Below, in pieces: positions 30,562 to 39,640 of a stretch of DNA of 64,000 nucleotides (position 1 is its first letter; each line of letters begins with the position of its first letter). The notes under the pieces are model-generated. The model saw only the letters and a list, made by a program, of their open reading frames with translations. It was not told the origin of the DNA and did not search any database. Where the stretch lies: the NCBI GenBank assembly GCA_052168235.1, contig JBQLZK010000007.1, positions 64,001-128,000 of the forward strand, read 5' to 3'. The translations under genes were made by a program, and so were the position numbers. The stretch is from Thainema sp. (GTDB lineage: Bacteria; Cyanobacteriota; Cyanobacteriia; Phormidesmidales; Phormidesmidaceae).

Positions 30562-31047
30562 CTATTGCTGTAACTGAATTAAGTTTTGCTGAACTTGGTT
30601 AGCCAGGGCTGGATTGTTTTGCACTTCTTGCGTCATCAGATTGAAGGTCGTAATCGACAGGCCATAGCGCTCAACAATCTCGACGGACTGGTTGCAATAG
30701 CGAACTGCGATCGCACGGGCTTGGCGATTCAGTCGAGACAAGCTGTTCGGTTGATGGCAGGCAATCGAGGGCACCTCATTTGAACCCAGCGCTACCTTGA
30801 TTTCTTGATACGCTGATTGGCGCAGCGGCTCAATTTCTAGCACGGCTCGGGAATAGTTCATCAGTTGCTGAGCACTGAAATTTTGGGCAAATGCCGCAGT
30901 CTCAAAACTTGGCTGCCAAGAACTAGTCTGAAAGCTGGGTGCTAGCCCAGACACCACACCGGCCAGAGATAAGGCTCCGATCATCAGCGAGCGAGTAAAA
31001 GCAGACTTGATCATAGAACGGTGAGAATGAAAACGAATGCGGCTCAT
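30562..31047 (-). CDS. DUF4168-family exported protein
   Basis: Signal peptide ending AFAQ; YSRAVLEIEPLRQ...YGLSITTFN. Start 31047 or 31014. Confidence 0.75.
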   Translation of the reverse strand: MSRIRFHSHRSMIKSAFTRSLMIGALSLAGVVSGLAPSFQTSSWQPSFETAAFAQNFSAQQLMNYSRAVLEIEPLRQSAYQEIKVALGSNEVPSIACHQPNSLSRLNRQARAIAVRYCNQSVEIVERYGLSITTFNLMTQEVQNNPALANQVQQNLIQLQQ

Positions 31048-31678
31048 AATCAGTGTGTTCAATTGAACCCAGTAGGATAATGTTAAACAGACTCCAAATG
31101 AAGCTTGCCGTTTCTCATAGATAGAGCTGACTGGATGAAGTAGCTCATAAGGTAGCTCATGAAATGACCAGTTTGGGTCATCCAGCACTCAGTTGCCACT
31201 GTCAGAAATGAGATCTGGAAGTTTCAATGGACACATGGAAGAGGTAGAATTCTGGTCAACCGGCCCTGGGCAGATTGACACGCTACCCGATATACTGTCT
31301 GAACCCAATCAGGGATGAAAAGTTCCAGACTTTGCTGAAGATATCGCAAATCACAGGTGGTCTATTGTCACATTGCCACTTGTCTTCCACCTCCATACTT
31401 CTATAGATCTTGTATAGATTTCGATTAGATTCTGATAAACCCCACCTGGTCAGCCTTGATTGTATAAAATCCGGGCGCGAAATTTAGTTATGTGGGAGTA
31501 ATACGGGAATTTGCGCAAAAGGCATGTAGCCAGTACTACAGCTATTTAGTTTGGCTTAAAAAATGAGCACTGTAAACAAAAATCAAGATTTGGTGTAGAG
31601 CAGCGTAGCCACCACGGAATGTCTTTCCCGCCTGACGAGTCAATCAATCCACCGCCACAACCAAGCGTCGAGACTCAG

Positions 31679-32710
31679 TTATCGCCTGCGCGTCGATATC
31701 TGCTGGGGCTGGCAAACCTGGCACAGCTCAATCACTTTGGTTTGTAAAGTGGCTTCTGGTTCACCGCCAAACTTAAGGCTAAATTCAAGTTCTAGCAAAA
31801 TCGGTAATGTAGCCTGTAGCTGCTGCGATGTGAGAGACTGCACCTCTTTCCGCAGAAAATAGACCCGCTTGGGATTAGGAATTTCCGCCGCCTGTGCGAT
31901 CGCACGTTCATCCCGCTCACCACTTTCCACCATCAGCTTTATCCAAAGCCAGGTGCGGAACTGGCGTACTAGAGTCGCAACAATCCGCAACGGCTGCTCA
32001 TTTTGACTCAGCAGATCGGCCACTAAACCCAAGGCATCAGGGGTTTTACCATCGCGAATTGCCGCCGCAAGCTGAAGGCTGTTTTGATTTGTGGCTGTCA
32101 CCAGCGTGGCAACGACATCGGCACCCAAGGGAGCAGTGGGTTGATCTGTGCTGCCTCGCAGAGAACCGCAGGCATACAAGCGCAACTTTTCCAGCTCGCT
32201 CCAGAGCTGGCGCGTATCGTTACCCACGGCTTCAGCTAATTGCTCAGTGGCTTCTGAAGTCAGAGCAACGCCGACGGATTTAGCGGTGCGCTCCACCTGC
32301 TGAATCAGCTGATCGGTGTTCCAGGGCGGGATCGGCGAGAACTCACGCACTTCGGCGTATTTTTTCAGTAGCTTGGTAGACTTCAGCCGTCCATCCGGTT
32401 TATTGCGGCTGGTCATTAGGAAAACCGTTGTATCGGGGATCTCCGGTAGCGTTCGCTCCAGTTCAGCCAGTAGCGCCTCCGAACAGCGCTGAGCAATCGT
32501 CGCGTCCACCAGCCAAACCAACCGTTTACCCATGCCAAACGGTGACGTCATCGCCTGATTCAACGCTTGAATGGGGGCTTCAGCCGTTTCGGACGGGATC
32601 TTATCATAGTTAAAACTGGCCCATTGGGGATCAAGCGTGCGATCGCGCAGAGTTGTTACGGCCTGATTCAGGCTAAACTCGTCTTCTCCCCAATAAAAGT
32701 AAACTGGCAT
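31679..32710 (-). CDS. holA: DNA polymerase III delta subunit
   Basis: MPVYFYWGEDEF, KPDGRLKSTK and ELEKL motifs. Confidence 0.93.
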   Translation of the reverse strand: MPVYFYWGEDEFSLNQAVTTLRDRTLDPQWASFNYDKIPSETAEAPIQALNQAMTSPFGMGKRLVWLVDATIAQRCSEALLAELERTLPEIPDTTVFLMTSRNKPDGRLKSTKLLKKYAEVREFSPIPPWNTDQLIQQVERTAKSVGVALTSEATEQLAEAVGNDTRQLWSELEKLRLYACGSLRGSTDQPTAPLGADVVATLVTATNQNSLQLAAAIRDGKTPDALGLVADLLSQNEQPLRIVATLVRQFRTWLWIKLMVESGERDERAIAQAAEIPNPKRVYFLRKEVQSLTSQQLQATLPILLELEFSLKFGGEPEATLQTKVIELCQVCQPQQISTRRR

Positions 32711-32737
32711 AAGGTCTTTTCCAAAGGAGCGTTAGGT

Positions 32738-33598
32738 TTGGACGACACCTATCAAGTGTATGTGAATCGATTAGCAGGAATGATATCTCGCGATGCCTAT
32801 TACAGCCAAGCGCAGAATATTCAGTCCTCTAGCAAGTATCAGCAAACTGACTCGGGACGGTGGCAAGCCGCTAGCTTTCCCGGTTACACCGTCATGACGC
32901 CAACTTGGCAGGATACGCCCGCCAATACCAATCAAGCGGTGTATCAACGGCTACAGGATCATCAAACTCGCTTAGTGGAAGCCGTTCCACCGAATCTATT
33001 CGTACCCGTGCCAGCCGAGAGCTTCCATATCACCATTGCTGACCTGATTTGGGACGATGCCTACCGCCATGCTAGCCAGGATGTCAACTTTGCGACGCAG
33101 CTTAAAGAACGGATTACCGATTCGTTTCTAAAAAGCCAATCCCTCCGCAGCACCGAGCCAGTTGAGTGGCAGATTCTGGGCTTGACGTTGAGGCAGCGTG
33201 CGATCGCAGTTGGCCTGGTTCCCACAAACGAAGCCTCCTATAACCGAGTCTGTAGCCTACGTCGTCAGATTTATCAGAACCCCGATCTGGTTGCGCTGGG
33301 AATTGAGCAGCAGTACCATTTCACCGCGCACATTACACTGGGCTACTTTGCCGACGTTGAGGGCGCAAAAGCCTTCTGGTCAAAGAACGGGGCAGCGGGT
33401 GCCGGGGAAGAAGTGCAATCCCATCCCTTTGCGGCTGAGATGAGCCAGATTTTAAGCCAGTTCAATGACGAGTGGCTGAATCCCGACAATCCTGCCGTGA
33501 TGACCATCAATCAAGCTCAGCTCTATCAGTTTGACAGCATGACCCAGTATTATCACCCGTCTGATTGGCCCGCGTTTGCATTCATGCAGGGGGTATAG
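32738..33598 (+). CDS. DUF1868-like 2H phosphoesterase
   Basis: Two HxT motifs (FHITIADL, AHITLGY). TTG start after an AAGGAG RBS. Confidence 0.8.
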   Translation: MDDTYQVYVNRLAGMISRDAYYSQAQNIQSSSKYQQTDSGRWQAASFPGYTVMTPTWQDTPANTNQAVYQRLQDHQTRLVEAVPPNLFVPVPAESFHITIADLIWDDAYRHASQDVNFATQLKERITDSFLKSQSLRSTEPVEWQILGLTLRQRAIAVGLVPTNEASYNRVCSLRRQIYQNPDLVALGIEQQYHFTAHITLGYFADVEGAKAFWSKNGAAGAGEEVQSHPFAAEMSQILSQFNDEWLNPDNPAVMTINQAQLYQFDSMTQYYHPSDWPAFAFMQGV

Positions 33599-33606
33599 TA
33601 TCTCCC

Positions 33607-34224
33607 ATGTCCGCACCGCCGCTGCTGCATCCCATTCTTCAGCAAAGCTTCGCCGTGATTGATCACGAAATTGGCGATCACGACTTTGACCCCCAAACCT
33701 ATGCCATTGTGCAGCGGGTAATTCACAGCACGGCAGATTTTGACTTCAAGCATCTGCTCTATGTCAGCTCAACCGCGATCGCAGATGGTCTGTTGGCTCT
33801 CACTCAGGGCGCACCGATCATCACCGACGTGACAATGGTGAAACAGGGCATTGTCGGCATGGCCTCCCGCACCTTTAGCAATCCCGTGCTCGCTGCCATC
33901 GACAATGCCCAGGACCCCGAACCGGATCAGACCCGTTCGGCCAACGGCATGATCCGCTGCTGGGAACAGCATCCTAACGGGATTTTCGTGATTGGTAATG
34001 CGCCGACCGCGTTGCTGGCATTGTGCGATCGCATTCAGCAGTCCCATATAAAACCTCCGTTAGTGATTGGCGCACCCGTGGGATTTATTGCCGTTGAAGA
34101 GTCCAAGCAGGTACTGGCTCAAACCGACGTGGCTCAAATTCGGCTAGATGGGCGCAAAGGCGGATCAGCGGCGGCAGCGGCGATTGTGAATGCGCTATTG
34201 GTGTTGGGAGTGAGCAAGTTTTGA
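33607..34224 (+). CDS. cobH: Precorrin-8X methylmutase
   Basis: RVIHSTAD, IGNAPTAL, PVGF and GRKGGS motifs. Confidence 0.95.
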   Translation: MSAPPLLHPILQQSFAVIDHEIGDHDFDPQTYAIVQRVIHSTADFDFKHLLYVSSTAIADGLLALTQGAPIITDVTMVKQGIVGMASRTFSNPVLAAIDNAQDPEPDQTRSANGMIRCWEQHPNGIFVIGNAPTALLALCDRIQQSHIKPPLVIGAPVGFIAVEESKQVLAQTDVAQIRLDGRKGGSAAAAAIVNALLVLGVSKF

Positions 34225-35594
34225 GTACTACGCAAGTGCAAACAACGCCGATCCACGTTATTGGCATGGGTCTAGACGGCATGGCGGGATTGCCGTTGAG
34301 TTTGCATGAGCAGATTGCTGAGGCGACGGTGCTGGTCGGACATGAGCGGTATCTGGCTGGCATTGAGCAGTCCAAGGCGCAGCGGATTTGGCTGGATAGT
34401 TTTACAGAAGGGATGCGTCACCTGCGCCAAATCTGCGATTCTCTGCGAGGTAGCACAGCCGAACGCGCCGCTTCTAACTCTGGGCAAACCGATGATCAAG
34501 TTGATCAGACGGACAGCCAAACCAAGCTTCTGTCTGAACGAATTGTCGTTATTGCATCCGGCGATCCCCTCTTTTTTGGCATTGGTCGTCTACTCCTCCA
34601 GCATTTTCCTGCCGAGTGGATCACGTTTCATCCCCATCCCAGCTCGATTCAACTGGCATTTAGCCGGATCAAACTACCGTGGCAGGATGCCCACATCGTC
34701 AGCGCTCACGGACGGTCGCTGGATGTATTGGTGCAAACGCTGCAAAAGGGAGCCGACAAAATTGCGGTACTCACCGACCCCACTCATACGCCGCGTGCGA
34801 TCGCAAAACTCGTCCAATCGCTCCAGCTACCGAGCCGCTATCGGCTGTGGGTCTGTGAAAACTTAGGCGGTGAAGCGGAGCAGGTGCAGGCATTTTGGCC
34901 AGAAGAACTTATCGCCCTGCCGGACGCGGCCTCTCTGAACGTGGTGATTTTGCATCGTCAAGCCCAAGCCGTTCAGCCCGTTGATCCAGCCCAGCTACCG
35001 CTGTTCGGTATTCCCGATCCGCTGTTTCTCAGCTTTCCAGACCGACCGGGTTTAATGACCAAGCGAGAAATTCGCCTGATGATTTTGGGTGAACTGGCGC
35101 TCCAGCCACAGCTGACGATTTGGGATATTGGCGCAGGTACAGGATCGGTGTCGATTGAAATGGCGCGACTGTCCCCTTCTTCCCGAATTTATGCGGTCGA
35201 GAAAACGGCGATTGGCCAATCTCTGATTCAGCAAAACTGCCAGCGTTTTCAAGTTGAAAATATTGCGATCGCATCGGGTCACGCCCCGGATGCGCTAGTA
35301 ACTTTACCCAATCCCGACCGAATTTTTATTGGTGGCAGCGGCGGTCAGTTGACAAAAATTCTAGATCACTGCGATGCGGCGCTGTCGGCCAACGGCATCA
35401 TCGTGCTGGCGCTCGCGACGTTTGAACACTTTAGTACGGCACTCAACTGGTTTGATCAGCAAACTGAAATACACTGGCGAACCCATCACACCCAACTGCA
35501 AATCGCCCGCTCGGTTGCTGTCCAGTCCCTCACCCGCTGGTCGCCGCTCAATCCGGTCACGTTAATTACAGCCCAAAAATTGCCCCCAAACTGA
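34221..35594 (+). CDS. cbiET: Bifunctional precorrin-6Y C5,15-methyltransferase (CbiE-CbiT fusion)
   Basis: ASGDPLFFGIG, TKREIR, WDIGAGTGSV and FIGGSGG motifs. Confidence 0.93.
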   Translation: MSTTQVQTTPIHVIGMGLDGMAGLPLSLHEQIAEATVLVGHERYLAGIEQSKAQRIWLDSFTEGMRHLRQICDSLRGSTAERAASNSGQTDDQVDQTDSQTKLLSERIVVIASGDPLFFGIGRLLLQHFPAEWITFHPHPSSIQLAFSRIKLPWQDAHIVSAHGRSLDVLVQTLQKGADKIAVLTDPTHTPRAIAKLVQSLQLPSRYRLWVCENLGGEAEQVQAFWPEELIALPDAASLNVVILHRQAQAVQPVDPAQLPLFGIPDPLFLSFPDRPGLMTKREIRLMILGELALQPQLTIWDIGAGTGSVSIEMARLSPSSRIYAVEKTAIGQSLIQQNCQRFQVENIAIASGHAPDALVTLPNPDRIFIGGSGGQLTKILDHCDAALSANGIIVLALATFEHFSTALNWFDQQTEIHWRTHHTQLQIARSVAVQSLTRWSPLNPVTLITAQKLPPN

Positions 35595-36552
35595 TCCCCG
35601 TTCCAAGCAGCAACACCAGCGGCATCAGCCCAAACAGCGGCTGTTCTAGCGTTCCCGTCAACCAGGCTGGCCCTTTACCCGTCAATTGGTAAAGCTGCGC
35701 TGTGTCCAAACAGGCCAAGCTCCAGATCCAGCCGCTATGCAGTCCCCACGCTAGTCCAATACTGCCACCGTCTACCCAGCGAGCGGCGACTAGCACCATA
35801 CCCATTAGCCACAGCCCTGGAAGCTGCGGCACTTGCTGTCGTCCTTCCCATAGGACATGGGAGATGGCAAAAATGACGCTTGCGATCGCAGCCGCCCAGC
35901 CAACTGCAAACTGGCTTTGCAGATGAGTCTGCATAAAACCACGGAAGATGAGTTCTTCTGTAAAGCCAATCCAACTGGCCAGGAGAAAAAGTGGAATAAT
36001 AATTGTTCTTAACTGAGGGTGTGGTGTAGTGCTGGCCAAAGATGCTACATTACTGCCCTCAGATTGATCATAAGATTGTGCTTCAAACTGATCGTGAAAC
36101 TCACTTTGATTTTCTAGATCGCTTTCTGTAGAACCCTGCGCTAAACGTTCAGTCGAATTTTCTGTCAGCAACGAGATAGAAGTTCTTTGCGCTCTCCAAC
36201 CTAGCCCAACTTGTAAACCGACCAAAGCCGCAATACCGATGACACCAAATCCCAAACCTTGACCAAACGATACAAAAAATTGCATCGTCCAGCTTAATCC
36301 ATTTTGCTGAAAAGAACTATTCTCTACAGCTATAAATCCCCACAGTAAAAATGGCGCAATAATATAGAGCGAGGTTAACAGTGGGAGCTTTTGCTGAGGG
36401 GTAGCAGGTTGAAATGGTTGCCACTTTACTCGTCCCGCAATTGCGATCGCAATTGGCAACCATAAACCAAGCCAGCTCAGCAAAAAAAGAATCACCTGAA
36501 CAAAAGCCGGTGATTCTTTCCAAAGATTAATTAAAAAATTCAATCTTGTCAC
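35566..36552 (-). CDS. CPBP (CAAX/Abi) family intramembrane metalloprotease
   Basis: EELIFRG, FAISH and GLHSGW motifs. Confidence 0.9.
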   Translation of the reverse strand: MTRLNFLINLWKESPAFVQVILFLLSWLGLWLPIAIAIAGRVKWQPFQPATPQQKLPLLTSLYIIAPFLLWGFIAVENSSFQQNGLSWTMQFFVSFGQGLGFGVIGIAALVGLQVGLGWRAQRTSISLLTENSTERLAQGSTESDLENQSEFHDQFEAQSYDQSEGSNVASLASTTPHPQLRTIIIPLFLLASWIGFTEELIFRGFMQTHLQSQFAVGWAAAIASVIFAISHVLWEGRQQVPQLPGLWLMGMVLVAARWVDGGSIGLAWGLHSGWIWSLACLDTAQLYQLTGKGPAWLTGTLEQPLFGLMPLVLLLGTGISLGAIFGL

Positions 36553-36632
36553 AGCAACAAGCCGAAGTCACGATTTAACGTCAATTTGCACATCTACGAT
36601 AGTATATCGTTGCAAATCGCCGTTGCAAATCG

Positions 36633-37028
36633 TTATCCCTTGCCGTTTTCTTCTGATTTGTCGCTATCTAGCTGAATCAGATGAATGTGCTTATACCCTA
36701 GCTTGATTTCAAATTCATCGCCGGGTTTCAGATTCATCTCTTGGGTATAGGTTGAACCAATCACAATTTGTCCATTCTTGTGAACGCTAACGCGATAGGT
36801 TGGCTCCCGTCCCCGGCCATCTTTGGTGCCTTCTGGATTGAGGGAAACTCCTCTTGCCTCCAGCAAAGCATTATAGAACTCGGTCAAATTGACGCGAGTT
36901 TGGTTGTTTTTCGTAGTGCTGTAATATCCACAGTGTCTAGCGACTTCTCGCCGAGACAGATGTGAAAGTTCTTTTACCTTTTGAAGCAGCGCTTTTCCCG
37001 TAAGTGGAGCAGAGGATGTCTCAGCCAT
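36633..37028 (-). CDS. calA: Cyanobacterial AbrB-like regulator (cyAbrB1/CalA clade)
   Basis: PLTGKALLQKVKEL...GRGREPTYRVSVHKNGQIVIG...EIKLGYKHIHL. Confidence 0.85.
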   Translation of the reverse strand: MAETSSAPLTGKALLQKVKELSHLSRREVARHCGYYSTTKNNQTRVNLTEFYNALLEARGVSLNPEGTKDGRGREPTYRVSVHKNGQIVIGSTYTQEMNLKPGDEFEIKLGYKHIHLIQLDSDKSEENGKG

Positions 37029-37610
37029 AAAACAGTCCAATTATTTTTCTAAACTCTAAGATAGCAAATTATAGATCGCTTTCATCGAGAATTTCATCGA
37101 GAAATATAACATTAAGTCCGCAGATTAAAGAGTGAGTGATTGGCAAGATCAGATAATTTAATCGACTTAAAAAGGAAGCTACAGCTGTGCTGATAGGAGC
37201 CGGGGAAGAAAAAGTATCAGTCTATGCTGAGATATCTCTGAGTTATATCTCTAAATTTGAAGGAATCCATATTTTGCGGCTTATAAATCTGGATCGAAGA
37301 AAGAGCATTTTATCGCCAAATCGTAACGACAAAATATCTCTCGTGAGTTTGAGGTGGAAAATTTGAGGGTCTTACCCACCATTACCAAATTCACCCAATC
37401 CAATTAAGGCTGAGGCTACTCTCGTTTTCAGCGTGATCAGGATTTAGCTAATTTGAGATGTGCCCATTTTGCACTTTATATCGCAGCGGCAAAATGGTCA
37501 TTTTGGATTTCCGGATAAACGGTAAGATAGCCAACTTTATTTTCGCCAGAGATGAACAAAATGCTACTGACGGGAAAAAAGCATTTAGGTTAAAGCACTT
37601 AGGCTACTAA

Positions 37611-37709
37611 GGAGCGTGAATTAAATAGCCTGTCAATCATTCCATCCGTAGGGACACGGCAATGCCGTGTCCCTACCCCAAAGATTTCATCTTATTAAAT
37701 TCACGCTCC
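37611..37709 (-). mobile_element. MITE-like element family A, copy 2 (99 bp)
   Basis: TIRs GGAGCGTGAATT/AATTCACGCTCC and TAA direct repeats at 37608-37610 and 37710-37712. Internal hairpin gtagggacacggc-aat-gccgtgtccctac. Confidence 0.8.
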
Positions 37710-38093
37710 TAAGCGAATCTTGCTGTTGCGATCGCACATGATTTGTGAAAGAGCTGTCAAGCTGGCAGAGAAAGGGCGTTTTATCGTTACATTGTGACGG
37801 CAAAGCGCCCCTTCTGAGTTGAACACCGGATATGACTTTAGAGTTTTCTTTACTCACGCTTTATCAGTTTGTTTAGTTTATACGTGTATTTTCGGGCAAG
37901 AGTTGAGCCATGTTCATCAGCATGACTACGATGGGCGCAATGACTTGTCGTCACTGCATGTAACCCATGCTTAATCAGGCTTACATCAGTCGGAACGATC
38001 AGGCTGATGATGCTGTGCCATGCATTAGCTTCATGCATTAACTCCATAAAATCTGGGTTCGTTCTACTTTATGGACAGTTGGGTGTAAGAGAT

Positions 38094-39542
38094 ATGAGGC
38101 GGACTACCTTTTTAGGATTAGCTGCGATCGCAGCCTTAACAGCTTGTATCGTTATCTTCATACATGGAGAAGTTAGGTCGAATCAGCGAAACTATCCGAC
38201 ACCTGATGTCTCAGGCGCTCTCGAAACGTCCTTTACGGAAGTCTGTTTGTCGCCTAATGCTGAACAGCGTCCCCCTTGGGAATGCTATGAAATCTCTGCT
38301 GCTGGAGAAGAGTATCAACCCGTTGAAATTCGCCACTCCGATGGAGAAGTGCATCGAGTTTTGACCTTCAAAGATGGAAATCAAACAAAGTTTCGGTTTA
38401 CGCCAACTAAGCCAGGAATTTGGTCATTTAGTACCGGGGGAGAACTCACCATTGATGCTGAACGGCCCGACTATGCCAAAGGGTTTGTGGCAGCAGCAGG
38501 GCAAAAGTGGATTCGAACCGCCACTGGTGAAGCCTTTGTGCCGCAATTTGTTATGTATGACAAACCGGATCTGGATCAAGCACTAGACGAGTTTGTTGAG
38601 GGCCACGGATTTACCGGATTTCATCTGACAAACTTGCGTGATTTTCTGGCAAATCCCCAGTATTTTGAAGCGGTCGTTCTCAAAACTTATCGGCGGGGCG
38701 GTGTCACCCATTTCTGGATTTGGGGAGATAAACAGAGAAAGCAAACGCCCAAGACATACGGCATTGATAGCGAAAAGCTCTACAAAGAAATTGCTGCCCG
38801 TTTAGCCCCCCTGCCGGGTTGGACGTTCAGCTATGGCTTTGACTTGTTCGAGTGGGCCAGTGCTAGAGAGCTAGAAGATTTACGGACAAAATTGAGGTCT
38901 TACACCAGCTACACACATCTATTTGGTGCACGCGGCCACACTCACGAATACAAAGAAATCAGCTCGAATCTAGACTATGCCTCTTGGGAGTGGCGTCGTC
39001 CGGTATACGAAGACTACCGAGACCATCTCACGAAAGCAGGGGATCGTCCAGCCTTCTCAGAAGACCGCTTTCGGATTCGGACTCCTTCCCGCTATCCCGA
39101 TAAGGATTATGACCCAGAACGCACCTATAAGGGGCTTTGGTATTCGATGATTTCTGGTGGCGTTGGCAATATCTGGGGGCATAAACCGCGCGATCGCGAA
39201 TTTTCTGAACCCTATCCCAATAAAGATCAAATCAAAACCTACAGTGTGTTTACCCGCAAAAACTATACCGTTGGTATGCAGCCAGATAACAGCTTGATTA
39301 ACGCAGGCTACTGTTTGCGAGATGGAGCGATCTCGGCGATGTGTTATGCCGAAAATACCCATAATATCCGTTTACAGCTTGATGCACTGTCGGCTCCAGT
39401 CCAAGTTTTAGCCGTCGATGCTAAAGCGGCCTATCAGGAAATTGAGCTACCGAGCCAAGGTGGGCAAATCGAATGGCAAGCTCCCCGTCGTTCTGACTGG
39501 GCCATTGCGATCGCACCGTTGGCATCGCCAGCAGCCAACTAA
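38094..39542 (+). CDS. Secreted putative glycoside hydrolase (DUF5060-like N-terminus plus TIM-barrel-like domain)
   Basis: Signal/anchor sequence, FRFTPTKPGIWSF Ig-like segment, aromatic-rich catalytic-like region and C-terminal WQAPRRSDWAI. Family uncertain. Confidence 0.55.
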   Translation: MRRTTFLGLAAIAALTACIVIFIHGEVRSNQRNYPTPDVSGALETSFTEVCLSPNAEQRPPWECYEISAAGEEYQPVEIRHSDGEVHRVLTFKDGNQTKFRFTPTKPGIWSFSTGGELTIDAERPDYAKGFVAAAGQKWIRTATGEAFVPQFVMYDKPDLDQALDEFVEGHGFTGFHLTNLRDFLANPQYFEAVVLKTYRRGGVTHFWIWGDKQRKQTPKTYGIDSEKLYKEIAARLAPLPGWTFSYGFDLFEWASARELEDLRTKLRSYTSYTHLFGARGHTHEYKEISSNLDYASWEWRRPVYEDYRDHLTKAGDRPAFSEDRFRIRTPSRYPDKDYDPERTYKGLWYSMISGGVGNIWGHKPRDREFSEPYPNKDQIKTYSVFTRKNYTVGMQPDNSLINAGYCLRDGAISAMCYAENTHNIRLQLDALSAPVQVLAVDAKAAYQEIELPSQGGQIEWQAPRRSDWAIAIAPLASPAAN

Positions 39543-39640
39543 CCCCAACTTCAGCACTCCCATCACGCTCATCCTTTCAGCCACTTCATTAACAAATTCG
39601 TATTAACTAACCGCCCAACTCTGGTGGAGCCGATATTAAG

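Noticed and set aside
33400..33606. Cobalamin riboswitch ahead of cobH-cbiET
   Set aside because: No intergenic space (8 bp) and no B12-box seen.
35566..36552. CPBP/Abi protein as an abortive-infection defence gene
   Set aside because: CPBP proteases are ubiquitous housekeeping membrane enzymes, and there is no defence-island context.
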